Below, piece after piece: positions 1-13,745 of a stretch of DNA of 64,000 nucleotides (position 1 is the stretch's first letter; each line of letters opens with the position of its first letter). Both the position numbers and the translations under genes were made by a program. Location: positions 79,610,001-79,674,000 of the forward strand of contig NW_024704742.1 of NCBI RefSeq assembly GCF_018977255.1, written 5' to 3'. Origin of the DNA: Callorhinchus milii (taxonomy: Eukaryota). The notes under the pieces are model-generated. The model was not told the origin of the DNA and did not search any database. It worked only from the letters and a program-made list of their open reading frames with translations.

Positions 1-1523
1 CTGTTTGCAAGACATTGCTGTGTACAAACTGTCTGCAAGTTTGCTCAGAAAATACACAGCAAATCCTGTGAAGTGCTTGCTCATAATTATTATTGACTGA
101 CTTTATTAGCCGGGATTCTCAGTCTGGTTTGGTATTTTATCAAACTGTACTACACACCAGAAAGGGAAACTTGTTTTTTTTAAAAAAGTTAAAAGTAAGT
201 TTCTGTGCAGTTACAAGCATTTCTCTGAATGTTCTGTGGAAAAGCTAAACAGAGTCCAAACATGGAAGCATTGCAGTGCACTTATGGCATGATTTTGATA
301 AATAATAAATAACTGCAGTCTGTTAAATGTTTCATCAATAACTTATTATTTGTACTTAATTTGCATAACATCCACATTAAATTAGATTTCAGTCAGTGAC
401 ACACAATAGTCTTTAACAATGTAAACATGAAATGTCAAATTTCAGAGCCAGAAGATTCCCAGTCCTATAGGGAAACCACCCTGGTAAGTGCAATGGAATA
501 ACTACAAACCTTAAAAATACAAGCCTTAGATTCCAGTATTTACGGTCCTTGCTCACACTTGAAGAAGACCAGTGGGTGAGGTGCTGGAGGTGAACGACGA
601 GCATAGAACACCACCCCACCCAGCAACAGACAATGGAATAAATCCTGTTTGGTTTGCTCACACGAGTTTACATTATTTATCCCAATGTCTTCTGTGGAGG
701 TTGGGGAACGCAAATGTGTGTGACTTACTAAGGAGAGCAGACTTGAGAGAGGCCTGGTGAAAGGAGAATATGATGGGGCAAAGGAGACACTGCACAATAT
801 GTCCAGAGATATCAGAGTAATAAATCAATCTCTCTTTTTCTTTCATTGATGATACTTCAGATATCAGATTTTCTTTAGCTCTCTGGAAACACAAATTAAG
901 TGGGGTTTTGCTGCACAGAGGGTATCGTTGGGCATATCTTCGTGTCATGCTACACACAACTGTGGAACTCAATACTGGAAGCTGTAGTTGAAGCAAATAA
1001 CAACAAAGTATCTAAAAGAAAACACAATGTGTACATGATGGAGAAGGGAAAAATATAGGAGAGGGGATAGGCAGGGATAGGGCCTTGTGCGGAGTACAAA
1101 CACTGGCAGAGACTAGTTTGGCTGAATGACCTGTCTCAATATCATTTCACTGTATGTTACCTGGCCATAGGCACAGAAATAGGCCATTAAGCCCCCAACT
1201 AGTCCATATTTGTGATTATACTCCACATGTCTCCACCCTTCCTCACCTCCCCTCCCTCTATTCTGCTTGACCACATGTATTATTATTATTATTATTATTA
1301 TGTATGTGTGGTTGGGAACATGCAGCTACAGCCCCCTGAGCTTTATGATAAACAAAGTGTCAGTCCTTGAAGTGTTTCAAATTGCTACGGCAACTCAAAA
1401 CCATTTAAATTTGAGTGTGGATTAAATAATTGAACAACCTATAACTTTGCCTCGGCCAAACCAAGCCATCTGCCAGCCCTCCCATTATTTCTATTGCTGA
1501 GTTCTGGAACAGGAATTTGGGGA

Positions 1524-1561
1524 CCCCTGATTCTTCCCCTGATTCTTCCCCTGATTCTTCC
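1524..1561. repeat. Perfect 12-bp tandem repeat (CCCCTGATTCTT)x3
   Basis: Read directly from the sequence. Confidence 0.95.
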
Positions 1562-3340
1562 AGCTATGCCAAGGCACGGCGATAAATGATTACAGGTTCT
1601 GGCTTGTGACAAGAAAGTTCGTAGCAGGCAGAGGAATGTATTTCTTAACACAGAAGGAAAACAACATGAGTTACCAGGAAAAGATGTTTGAGGCCAGGAC
1701 TCTGAAAGGACACAATCCAAAAGGCTCATGGGCCTTCCTTATCTAGACCAATCTTGTGGGTTAATTACAATAGACTGCAATTGTTAGTCAATGGACACAG
1801 AGAATTTTAAAATCTTTCTTGTACATCTAACATTTTATAATATATAAATATAGAATCATAGAATCTTACAGCACTGAAGGAGGCCATTTGGCCCATTGTG
1901 CCAGCTCTTTGAAAGAGCTATTCAACTAGTCCCGTAGCCCTGCTATTTTTTGCTTATAAAATATATAAATTAATATAATATTTTATAATATATTTATAAT
2001 GATGTGATAAAGCACTATATGAAATGTAAGAATTGGTATTGTTGTTATTTTAAAACAAGACTGACTGCAGTAACATGAAGATTCCTATGCAGAATGTAAT
2101 CTTAAAAGTTCAAGATAAATATTCAGTCAGCTAAGAACAAAATATTCATTCTGCGAAGATTAGCAATTTTTAAAAGTAGAAATGAATACAGGCAAAAACA
2201 GTATATATTCATCTGGATGGGTCCTGGGATTGTACTTACTTATTTACAGCAATACTACTGCTGTATTCTATTAGTTGGGTTATCACTAAGAGCAGGAGCT
2301 CTCAGTATGTGGATTTGTAATGTAGTTTTACTTCAACATTTATTGTATTGAAGTAGCTTTCTGTGATTTTCTTCAGCGACTCTACAAACAATGTAATGAA
2401 AGAGTAGGAACTTGCATTTGTAAAGTGCTTTATCCTGCAAATTGTCTCAAAATGCTTTGCAATAGTTATTCTCAAATGTAGTGAGTAAACAAAACTGTGC
2501 CCAGCAATAGTGTAAATTTATTTATAATATTAATAACCCTTGTGCAATAGCACCTTTCACATTCAGAGGATGTCTCAAAATATTTCATAGGATATATGTG
2601 AAGTGTAGACTCCTTATTTTCAAGGAGTACTCAGAAGCAATTTGCGCATAGCTCTTTCCCCAAATTAGACGAAGTAAATGATCACATTTATTTGGAGAAT
2701 TGTTGGTCAAGGCACCGGAAAAATCTCCCCATTCTTTTTTGAATAGTGTCAAGCGATCTCTACGTCCACTTGAACATGCAGAGAGGACCTCAGTTCAAGG
2801 TCTCACCTGAAGAATGACATTTCTAAAAATGCACCACATCCCCAGCATTGTATTGGAGTGTTAGCTTAGACTTTATGAGTTCAAAGTCATGACATGTAAC
2901 AACAACTTGCATTTATGTGTGCTCTTCACACAGGATAGCATCTCATAGTACTTGATAACATGTATTTGATATAGTCCCTCTCGTGTCAGCATTTCACAGG
3001 ATCCACTGTATAGTGTGGTGACTGTATTTTGTAAATTGGAAACAAGAGAGGAAGGTTCAGAGGAAGCAATGACAATGGCAGTGTTACAACAACTACACAG
3101 ACTTGCATTTGTATAGAGACCTTCATGTAGAATGTCTCAGAGCACTGTATTAACAAAGAGAGGCAAAGAAAGGATTTGAGAGGGAAATAACACGTAGCAC
3201 TGAAGATTAACAAGAGTTGCTGATCATTCTGGCAAATAAGTTTCCCACGTATTAAAAAAAATATTTCAATGACATTAAAATACCTGATCTCAACCCCTTA
3301 AAAATCAGTCATGCTTTGTCAGGCTCTCCTCTCACCCCAA

Positions 3341-3500
3341 AGAGGCTTCCAAACATTGCCTCCGTAAACAAAGAGATTCCCAAACATTCCCACCACAAAC
3401 AGAGATTTGTGGTGTTCCCTCAGCAAACTAATTCCCAAATATTCCCACCGCAAAGAAATTCCCAAACATTCCTTCCACAAGCAAAGAGGCTTGCAAACAT
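3341..3500. repeat. Degenerate ~30-bp minisatellite
   Basis: Recurrent ttcc(c)aaacatt(c/g)c...ca(c/g)aa units. Confidence 0.7.
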
Positions 3501-4030
3501 ACAGATAAAACACACATAATAGTCATTTTCTGTTAAAAATAAATCCACAAAAACACTCTGTCCTGAAGAACCAATAACCTGGTCCAGCTGTTAACCATCA
3601 TCTGTGAATCATCTGAAATGCTGTACACTGTCCAGTGTCTTGGGATGTCCTCCCAATGTGAAAGGTGCTATACAAATGTAATCTTGTTGTTGTTGTTGCG
3701 CTAAGAAACACTACCTTGTCGCTGTTCCAAAATAACCCTCACAATCTTGAATCTGTGCCCTCTTGCCTTGCTGGCTTGGTGTTTCTGAACCTATTTTTCT
3801 TGGTTTACTTAATCCATTTAGTATATTTTACACCTCAATAAATTCAAGGCAACGCATTTCTTTCAACATGGAGATTATTGGTTCCTGGTACTTGTGCAAT
3901 GTTGCTGTCTGTCAAGGAAAACCTCTAGCAATTTTTGGATCTCCAGACTGTGTGCAGATCTCCTGTTGTGGGATTAGCAATTAAACACCTTGATGTTCAT
4001 TGATGTTAAAATAATTAAAGGCCTTTCATG

Positions 4031-4051
4031 CCTTGCTTCCTTCTGTTGCAG
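4031..4051 (+). promoter_or_regulatory. 3' splice acceptor of the LINGO2 coding exon (exon starts at 4052)
   Basis: Polypyrimidine tract ccttgcttccttctgttgcAG just upstream of the start codon. LINGO genes characteristically have non-coding 5' exons and one coding exon. Confidence 0.85.
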
Positions 4052-4072
4052 GCCCTTTACCGAATGGTAGAC

Positions 4073-5890
4073 ATGCTTCACACAGCCATCTCGTGCTGGC
4101 AGCCGATCCTAAGCTTGGCTCTCATTGTTGCTCTCGTGGGCTCCACCATGGGCTGCCCAGCTCGCTGCGAGTGTGCTGCTCAGAACAAATCCGTCACTTG
4201 CCACCGCAAACGATTGACTGTGATTCCTGAGGGCATTCCCATCGAAACCAAAATCTTGGACCTGAGCAAGAACAAGCTAAAGTCCATCAACCCGGACGAG
4301 TTCTTCTCATACTCTTTACTGGAAGAAATCGATCTCAGTGAGAATATAATAACAACTGTGGAACCTGGCTCTTTCAATAACCTTTTTAACTTGCGTTCCC
4401 TTCGTCTCAAGAGCAATCGTCTAAAACTAATCCCCCTGGGTGTTTTCACAGGGTTGTCTAATTTGACCAGGTTGGATATCAGTGAGAACAAAATAGTCAT
4501 TTTGTTGGATTACATGTTTCAGGATTTACACAATTTGAAGTTTCTTGAAGTGGGAGACAATGATCTGGTTTACATTTCGCACCGAGCCTTCAATGGCCTG
4601 CTCGGACTGGAGCAACTTACCCTTGAGAAGTGCAACCTTACAGCAGTACCAACAGAAGCCCTCTCTCACCTCCACAATCTGGTAAGCCTCCGGCTCTCCC
4701 ACCTCCACGTCAGCTCCGTCCACACCTACGCCTTTAAGAAACTCTACCGACTCAAACGCTTGGAAATCGACCACTGGCCCCTACTGGATGTCCTGCCCAC
4801 CAACAGCCTCCATGGTCTGAACCTCACCTTCCTGTCCATCACCCACACCAACCTCACCGCAGTGCCCTACACGGCATTCAGACATTTGTACCATCTTGTG
4901 TACTTGAACCTGTCCTTCAATCCCATCAGCATGGTGGAATCGGGCTTGTTGCAGGACTTGGTGCGGCTGCAGGAGCTGCACCTGGTCAGAGCGCAGTTGC
5001 TGACCATCGAGCCCCGTTCCTTTCAAGGGCTGCGTGCCCTGCGGGTGCTGAATGTCTCACACAACCTGCTGGACACAATGGAGGAGAGCGCCTTCCAGTC
5101 GCTCAAGAGCCTACAGGTGCTGGCCATTGACAACAACCCACTGGCTTGTGACTGCCGCCTCCTGTGGATCATGCAGAGAAGGAAGGCATTGAGGTTTGCG
5201 GAGGAGCAGCCCGTCTGCACATCACCGGAGAGCTTGAAGGGCAAACCCTTCAAGGAGATTGCTGACGTTTTCCTCTCCAGCTACTTCACTTGCCAGAAGC
5301 CCCACATCCAAGAGAAGAAGCTTCAACACCTGTTGATTGAGGAGGGCCAGGTGGCTCAGTTCATTTGTCGGGCAGATGGGGACCCTCTCCCAATTATTTC
5401 CTGGCAGTCCCCGCGCAGAAGGATGATCACAGTAAAATCTAATGGGAGAGCCACAGTCCTGGGTGATGGCACCTTGGAGATCAGGTTTGCCCAGGTTCAG
5501 GATAGCGGGCTGTACCTCTGCATCGCCAGCAATGCTGCCGGTAATGACACTTTGTCGGCCACGCTGTTCGTCAAGGGATTTTCCGAGCATCTGCACGGAA
5601 ACAGCACCTCTCAGTACATGATTGATCTGAACAACACCCACTCAAATGGTACTCATGTGTACATGACGGTGGCGCTGGACCTTAAGACCATCCTGGTGTC
5701 CACTGCCATGGGCTGCTTCACTTTTCTGGGAGTCGTCTTGTTTTGCTTCCTGCTCCTTTTCGTATGGAGTCGGGGGAAGGGCAAGCACAAGAACAACATT
5801 GATATTGAGTACATCCCCCGTAAGACGAACGGGGCCATGTCTGATGCAGATCAAGGAGGCCCGAGGAGGTTCAACATGAAAATGATATAA
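4073..5890 (+). CDS. LINGO2: Leucine-rich repeat and Ig domain-containing Nogo receptor-interacting protein 2; CDS in a single exon (signal peptide, LRRNT, LRRs, LRRCT, Ig I-set, transmembrane helix, short tail)
   Basis: The open 620-codon ORF contains [11 protein letters not shown]...GCPARCEC...[13 protein letters not shown], matching the recalled human LINGO2 N-terminus. It also has [18 protein letters not shown]...[11 protein letters not shown], the TM segment [26 protein letters not shown] and the C-terminus [14 protein letters not shown] 4073 is the orthologous start; an in-frame ATG at 4064 adds MVD. Confidence 0.97.
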   Translation: MLHTAISCWQPILSLALIVALVGSTMGCPARCECAAQNKSVTCHRKRLTVIPEGIPIETKILDLSKNKLKSINPDEFFSYSLLEEIDLSENIITTVEPGSFNNLFNLRSLRLKSNRLKLIPLGVFTGLSNLTRLDISENKIVILLDYMFQDLHNLKFLEVGDNDLVYISHRAFNGLLGLEQLTLEKCNLTAVPTEALSHLHNLVSLRLSHLHVSSVHTYAFKKLYRLKRLEIDHWPLLDVLPTNSLHGLNLTFLSITHTNLTAVPYTAFRHLYHLVYLNLSFNPISMVESGLLQDLVRLQELHLVRAQLLTIEPRSFQGLRALRVLNVSHNLLDTMEESAFQSLKSLQVLAIDNNPLACDCRLLWIMQRRKALRFAEEQPVCTSPESLKGKPFKEIADVFLSSYFTCQKPHIQEKKLQHLLIEEGQVAQFICRADGDPLPIISWQSPRRRMITVKSNGRATVLGDGTLEIRFAQVQDSGLYLCIASNAAGNDTLSATLFVKGFSEHLHGNSTSQYMIDLNNTHSNGTHVYMTVALDLKTILVSTAMGCFTFLGVVLFCFLLLFVWSRGKGKHKNNIDIEYIPRKTNGAMSDADQGGPRRFNMKMI

Positions 5891-6564
5891 CGTCAGCAGC
5901 AACATGGTGTTTTTGTTTAAATCACCCATCAGGTTGTCTCTTGCTGGTTATGGGGCTACATCTACAGTGTGATGATGCGGCCTGGCTCGACAGACTGCCA
6001 GGGGATATACCTGATTACAGCCGATGGTACAAAATAAACAAAAACAACTACTAGATTTATTGCAGCAGTGGGCAAGAAGTGGAGTTGCTTTCACAGTGCC
6101 TGTGCCTTGAGGTAATGGAAAAGGTGGCATAGGACACTGGATGTCTTCACAGACCCGGCTTGAATGACGGCCAGTATTTCAGACATTCAAATGTGACCAA
6201 TCTCACAAGTGAACCGCTTGCTCAAGTCAAGAGAAAATCATTCTACATTTTATATTTCAACTGCCCTCTTCCTCCCCACTCCCTCCCTCCCTCCCTCCCA
6301 ACACAACCCTCCGATAGGAATGAATAGGAGGATTCAAGTCTTCTTCATTACATGCCAGTGAATTTGTACTGGAATGACAATGATTTGAGAAGGATTGCAC
6401 CAGTAAAAATTCAATGTTGCAGATTACTTAGTGGAGAGGGGAGGTATGATAAAGTTGTGGAGAGAAAGGCATATATGTTTGTGTGTGGAGGGTGGGGGGA
6501 ATTTGTTTTAACGAAAAGGATTTTTTTTAAGCAATATGAATAATGTTGTGATTAATTGGTGTAC

Positions 6565-6570
6565 AATAAA
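6565..6570 (+). terminator. Candidate polyadenylation signal in the LINGO2 3' UTR (another at 6033-6038)
   Basis: AATAAA hexamers downstream of the stop codon; usage cannot be determined from sequence. Confidence 0.3.
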
Positions 6571-9500
6571 CATATGCCATCATTAGTTCTTTCAGAAGAA
6601 GCAGTGCTGATACTCATAGTATATGCTTTGTACACCTACAGGTTTGGTCCTAATATTGATTATATTTTAAACACAAAGAAAACTTTCCTATCCAAATACA
6701 AGACAAAAACTGAAAACAGGGGTAAAAATCAACTCAAAACCTGATTTGAGTTAAAAGGTATTATTGCTGATTTATTTTCTGCATTGAATTTGTGTGCAGT
6801 AGCATAAACACTGTTAATCTGTAAATGACCAGTAACCTTTTGAGTCATCCAAACCGAAAAGGTATAAAATATGTAAACAAGGAGAACACTCACTTGGGTC
6901 TTGTCAGTGTCCCCTTAGTCAACCCCTTTCTGAATAGTTACTTTCTGGGAAGTGTTTTAATGATCCTTTTCTACTATTTAATGTGAAGGAGGGTCTCTGA
7001 GATTAATTTGTGGGGTATTGGTTTCTTTTACCCTAGCTGAGACATATTGGGCTTGGTTTTGAAATGCCCCTGCCCACTATGAATAACATTACCATTGCCC
7101 TGGCAAACACAGCACAAAAAGGTGTTCAGTGAGTCGCCAGACGACGACTGCTTTGGTAGACCGTATTGCAGCATGAGTTAGCACTTCAAGAGTGAGAGGA
7201 AATGTAGAGGTGGGCGAATGAAGGTGAAAGAATTGGCTGCCAAATGGGCAACTCAGAGGTCAGCAATATTCAAAGAACAATCAGAATAATGTTTTACAAG
7301 TTCATTCCTTGTTATCTTCAACCAAGATCAATGACTCCAAGTGGCAGGCATGAGGAAACGGTGTGCTCCCTCTTTGAATATGACCCATATATGAGCCAAA
7401 TGATTCTGCTGACAGGACCGAAATTGCCGTTTCCATTTCACAACTTAAGATAAACCAGAAAGGCTAACAAATGATATAACTAGTAAATCTACTGGTGTAT
7501 CAGAAATAGAGAGGTGGGTTAAAAAAGCCTGAATTCTACCCAAATGGAAACTACATGTTTATCAGTCCTGAGAAATGGTAATAGCAAATCCAAGTCTGGT
7601 GCAATGTTATAAGAGAAGGAGTTAAGGTGGGGAGATTCAACCAGCTGCTTCTCCAAAAAAAAGGATACGAATAAAGGGTATGTTGTTGATGAGATTTGTC
7701 CAGAGCCATGGAATGTAAATGTGGATGTATATGAGCCTGAATTACTGCACTTCTGTTGGTGCATTGAAACTCAGTTGACAAAGGAAACATTTTCTTTTAA
7801 ATGTAACACTTTAAGCAGCAATGGTCTTCTCCTGTTTTCCCATCCCTATGTTCATAAATTCAATTCCTGAATAATTAGAAAACCTCAGTCTGTTTTCTGA
7901 ATGTCAAATCGAAGGAGGTGAAAAATGTGACTTTTCCGAACAGATTTTAGTATGCTAATCATCACATTGAAAAAGTGTTGTGTTTTTCTACCCCAATAAA
8001 TTGGTGAGGCCATCACTTTGGTTCTTTGAGACATTAATTTGTTTTGCTAGTCTTAAGTACGTCGGCCAGCAGACCTGTTTGTTCAAATAGCAAATGTATG
8101 TGAGTAAAATATTGCCAATCCCATTAGATATGCCTGTTCATAATATGAGGTGGCTTTCTTTTTCAATAAACAGGATTTTCCCAATTCAACTGTGCATTGT
8201 TGTTGTAGTCACCATCAAACACATTGAAATCTTAATTCATTTCCTGCATTTTATATATTTTCTGGATAACTGTTCTGTTCCGATAGCAAATGGGGAAACA
8301 AAAAGATTCAATTTCAATTCTCTTTCAATTGCACTTTGAACAACAACAACCTTTTCAAAATGGGATATAAATTTGCAATATGTTCCTAGCTATTATGGTC
8401 ATTACAGCAAACATGAAAATGAATTGCACACTACCAAACATCATTATATATTTTGCTGCATTTCTATTTCCTGCAAAACCCAAGCCATCTACCTAGATGC
8501 TGTGCCCGCAGGTGACATAAAGAGTGATTTGAGTTTATGAGGAATGGGCAATGTGGCTATTAGTTGTCACCATAAAATGCTGTTCTGCGATATAAAAATA
8601 TTTCTGATGCTAATGTGACTAGTATACAGAGAAAGCTTCCTCTCGCGCAGCAACAATTTTTAGGTCTCAGAGGGTCAGGTATTTCTTAATTTAAATTACA
8701 ATTAAAGGGTCTAGACCTGGATACAGAAACAAACTGAACTAAAAATGAACCCTATATCTAAATATCTCCTTGCTGTAGTTTTTCTATCTTTATGATCTAT
8801 TATTTCCACTACTCCATCATCATCCATCAACCATTTGATTCCTTGTCAATTTCTGGCAAATGTTTCTCTGTCATTCTCATGTCCACGTTTTAAGTGGATT
8901 ACATGTGGAGCACACTATGCAAACCTTGTATCTTCTGAGAAGTATGTCTGCTTCTCACTCTCCTTGCTGTCACTAGAAACGACTACACTTATGTAGCTGA
9001 CACCCATCACACACAAGTTCTGGAGAAGATGTAGAGCAGGGATTCTCTCTGCATACGTAGAGCTAATATCTTGTATTGTATTCTCCTGTACAAGGGAGCC
9101 ACACCATGTTATCATGCCATGACCAGCGACAATTTGATTTTTGCCTAGTACCTGTTCTTCCAGAACAATGAACTGGTATGTTAAGTACAAGTCAGGAACG
9201 TTATTGGGAAATAAAATTCACTGTAATATATTTAATGACCAATATGAATCTTTTCTCGAATTGCTTCAAAACAAATACAATAAAATTGGAAGGGAGAGAA
9301 TCAAATATAGCAACAATGTTTAGAATGCAAATTTATGATTTAAAGTACCATTACTTACTGTCTACTTAGTTCCACTTGCAGTGGAATTGAATACTTGTTC
9401 TTTCTCAATCTGTACACCTTGAATTAAAAAATGTATTGTGTAGTGGATGCAGAGTACCACTTAACCTTCATTTTTATTCCCTCCTAGGGGAGCAGTGGTA

Positions 9501-12500
9501 AGCGGGGTCACCTTGGAGCTGAATTGGCTCCAAGGTGACATGCCTGGCAATGGAATGGTGGAATCGAGCCAACCCTCTGGGGTGGACTCAGTAGTCCAGT
9601 TCCTGAGCCAGGCAGATCCACAGTATTCCAGGGGACTGCTCATAACAGCACAGTCAGCTGGGCTCATCAGCAGATCCTGGAAGGGCAAACCAGTCACGGG
9701 GTAGGGCAGGGACTAATCCCACTCGACTTTTGTTAACCCTGCAACCTTTCCATGGTGTAGGTGGGATGCATGGAATTTTCAGCTTGTTTTGGAAACACTT
9801 AAAATAAATTTTAATCTTCCATCAGGAACATACTAAAAACTATAAGGAAAGCAGAATCCAAGTGTCTGCCACACCTCTCCACAACACCCTCCTGCTCTCC
9901 ACACATCATCATCAAACATCCCTAGACTGCTATGTGAGATTACTCTTAGTGCTTTAAGCTAGTGGAAACATCCTTGCTGTTCTCGGAGGTCATGGATGGG
10001 CTTAGTTATCATGCAATGTCCATCACATCAAATGCTTTGTGAGGAAAAATGGCAAAGTGTAAACACTAAGGAGATTGAATTCAATTTGGAATAATACAAT
10101 CTTAATTGAATCCAATCTTTGCCGCTGCTGATTGAATTACACTCCATCCCACCAAAGTGATGAGCCAGTTGCAATTCACTCTATCAGTGCTTGCACTGTT
10201 GATTATTTACTCATACAGAATGTAAAGAATGGTTTAATCCTAGATCTTTAGAGGAAATAACTTCTCAACCCCCACCACTCCCCAAGTCAAATGCAATCTC
10301 ATTTCAAATAACGTTTTAAAATGGTTTGGAAAACAAAAAGAATCTGCAATGGTTTGATCCATTCCATTACTTCAAGATGTTAATAACAAAGTCTCAACTA
10401 CACTATGAAGCAGTTCAATATGATAGCCATGTGCTTCCCCAATAAACTTTATGAGATACCTTTTATATCCAGTGCCTTAGGACATCCTCCTGACGTGAAA
10501 AGCACTATACAAATGTAATTTTGTGGTTGCTGTTATCCTGTGAGTTAACTAACCATGACCCCAGCCAACAGTCACCTGCTAGTTAAGTTGAGAACCACAA
10601 CTAAGATTCAAATTCTATCCAATTTTTTAAAAAAAAACAACTGCCTTTCAACTACCATACATTAAAAATTAATCTGGTATAAAACAGTTATGTAAGTTAG
10701 TCTCTTTCAGCAGCCATCTGTATCAAAGATTCATTACAGAAACAGCCACCTCTCTTTATTCTGCCCCCGCTCTCTGGAATTTTATCCTGGAGTCCCTCCG
10801 ACTCGTTCCCTCTTTCAATGCACCTTTCAAAACATAGTTCTGTGATCACACTTTCAGTTCCCCTTCTTTCCCCTTCCCATACCTTTTGGATCCTACCTAT
10901 AGCTCAGATGTCTATCCAGCAATGTGAAGCACTTTGAGATGTCCTCCCAATGTGAACAGCACTATAATTTGTAAAACAAAATTGGAGACTCAATCATTGT
11001 TTAAAATTAGACCTTTGCCAAACTTAATCCATAGCACAAATTCTTCGTCAAGCTCTGTAACAAGTAATTAAAACATTCTTGATCTGAAAAGTTCCTTCCA
11101 AAATGTCATTGAAAATGAGACAGACAGATTGCGCTGGTCACTAACACATTAAAAGATACAAGAGGTAAGACTTGTCAATTTAGACTTGAGTCACCCTTAG
11201 TCAGGTATAGTTTTATGGAGAGTGAGCCAGAGATCTGCTCATTGAGTAAAGATGCTTCCTTGGGTGCACATTGTACATTTACTTTCTGGTCCGTGCTGAT
11301 TAGTGAATAAGAACTGGGTTGGGAACAGATTACATTAGGCCTCATCAACGCCTTTCTTTTGGTCAGTCAGGTGTCTGAGACTTATGGAAACCCATCACTG
11401 TGCTCAAGGTTATCTAACATTCAGCCAACATTCTCACACCTGATTGTTATGTTATCCAGTAATCTCACTGGAAAATTGACATGGATGAGGACAGAATATA
11501 ACTGATATTCTCTCTTACCCCCACAAAAAAACACTTTTTTTTTAGCCTGTTAAAATTCATTGTTTTGCATGAAAATCACCAGTAGACAGATGGTGCCTGT
11601 TGAAATGTAGACAGCATAAATTGACACCAGTAGAATAAGAGGGGGAGAAATGTTAAAAGATCAAATCTTTCAACATAAAACCGCTGCCTTACATCGTTCA
11701 TCTCATCTATTTGTTTCATGAAGTGGTACAGTCCATCTTAAAGGTTATTTTAATCATCAGCCAACCAGTTGGATTGAGAAAAATAAAGGTGCTTATTTGG
11801 AATCACCTGTAATGGGTACTGATAGAAACAGAAGAAGACAATTTGTGATTATTAGATCCTATCAGATCTTTTAACCTAATTTCCCTTCCTTTTCCCAAAC
11901 CCCTTAATACCTTTAAAATAATAATAATAATTTGGTCACTCAAACCACGACTGCTGTGGGACACTCCTGTTCGCAATTAGCTGCCGTGTTTTGCCCAGAA
12001 AATATCCAGTTAATTTACTTTACAATATATTCTGTGAAGCGGTTTGAGACGTCTCGAAGACGTGATAAGGCGCTATATCAAATGCAAGGATTATTATATA
12101 TTATTATTACTATTATTATTATAAATGTCTATCCACCTCAACGTGTCATTCAATTTCAGAAAGGGTGTGTGCAAATGTAGACCACATAGAAATCTCCTTA
12201 AAACATACGGTGGGTTTGGTGTGTGGCACCAGTTCAGAAAGGGTTGCATTACAATTAAGATCCAACTCAAGATAAACAATAAGATGATCTAGCAGAAAAT
12301 TAAAAAAAAACACTTTTGAAATTCCTACTGGCTGTCAAGATTGCTTCCGAGTCTGTTATGCAGTTGGTTATTTTTGTATATTAGTCTAAATCCGTTGAGA
12401 GGAAGCTTGTTTGCGTGAAAGTATGGATCATCTGCAGATGATTTCAGTGCAGATGAAATAGATGTGGAAATGTAAAATTCACCAATTAAGTGAACCTCAA

Positions 12501-12917
12501 GTGTATTTGGGCTTATAACATGTTGGAATAATTCTGTTCACCGCATGTTGAAATAAAGTGAAAGTATTTTGTCAAAAAGTTTCCGATTTGTTCCGATGTT
12601 TCATCTTGAAGCAACTCAGACAGGTAGGACGGTGGTCTCGCCTGCTCTCGGCTCTGAAGGAGGTCAATGGCACTGAATCAAATGAGACAGATGGTTTTCT
12701 GGTAGATCTGACGACTTTTCAGAGCAAATCGATTGATGCTGATTGAGAATCAGCTGTGCTTACTTTGAATGGGGTGAGAAATACAATTTGAGATGAGAAA
12801 AATAACATCAGTTTTAATTATCACATCACCAAAAATTATACCTGCTTCAGATTCAGGTCACACAATGTTAACGATAATAGCAGAGGTCGGTTGGTTAAAC
12901 TGGCTATAGGCCAAACT

Positions 12918-13232
12918 ATAATAATAATAATAATCCTTGCATTTGATATAGCGCTTTTCACTTCTTCTCGACGTCTCAAAGCGCTTTACAGAATATGTTG
13001 TAAAGTGAATTGATTGTATATTTGTGGGGGAAACGCGGCAGCCAATTGTGCACAGCAGTGTCCCACAAACAGTCGTGGATTGAAAATGACCAATTTATTA
13101 TTGTTTTTTTGGAGGGATTATTATTAGGTGTGTGGAGTAAGGAAACTTGTCCAAGGTTTTGCCCTGCCTGGAATTGAACCCAGGTGTCTCGTTTGCAAGG
13201 CGAGGGCTCTAACCACTGAGCTACAGGACTCC
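12918..13232 (-). mobile_element. tRNA-derived SINE, short subfamily
   Basis: Reverse complement has GGAGTCCTGTAGCTCAGTGGTTAGAGC (A box), GTTCAATTCC (B box) and the tail GCGCTATATCAAATGCAAGGA(TTA)n. Confidence 0.9.
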
Positions 13233-13392
13233 ACACTATTGGGCCATTAAGCAGGGGTGTTAGCGAGAAAGAGTTTCTCACTGGAAATCAGTTAATAAGT
13301 AAAGACAGCTCTGGGCTGGAATTATTAGTACTTATATATCACATTGCTTTTCCCCTAAAATCTTTCTGTTTCAGAGGTGCTGCAGTAATACA

Positions 13393-13745
13393 GAATCCTA
13401 TGGTGTAGTGGTTAGCACGCTCGCTTCGCAAGTGAGAGGACACAGATTAGATTGCCGGGCAGGGTGAAACCTTAGCCAAGTTTCCTTGCTCCACACACCT
13501 CTGTTTACCAGCAAGCAGGAACCCGGTTGTTAGTCGTTTGTCAGATCGCTTTCCAGGGGTAATAATCCCTGGAAAAAAAAATGTGGTCACTCAATCCACT
13601 CGTGTTTGTGGGACACTGCTGTGTGCAATTGGCTGCAGTGAATCGCCCACAAAATACACAGTCAATCCACTTTACAATATATTCTGTGAAGCGCTTTAAG
13701 TCATCTCAACGATGTAATAAGGTGTGCCATCAAATGCAAGTATCA
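13393..13745 (+). mobile_element. tRNA-derived SINE, long subfamily; other copies at 26079-26450 (-), 50430-50812 (-) and 58777-59147 (-)
   Basis: Related head and tail to the short family, plus an internal block ctctgtttaccagcaag...ggttgttagtc...gatcgctttccagggg. Confidence 0.8.

Noticed and set aside
3341..3500. Spaced short repeats, superficially CRISPR-like
   Set aside because: Eukaryotic context, degenerate tandem units and no unique spacers: a minisatellite.
4028..4072. ORF-track N-terminal extension [12 protein letters not shown] of LINGO2
   Set aside because: The ATG at 4028 lies upstream of the splice acceptor (AG 4050-4051), at the intronic pyrimidine tract.
4180..5929. Minus-strand ORFs overlapping LINGO2
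   Set aside because: Antisense shadows of a GC-rich CDS with no independent protein signal.
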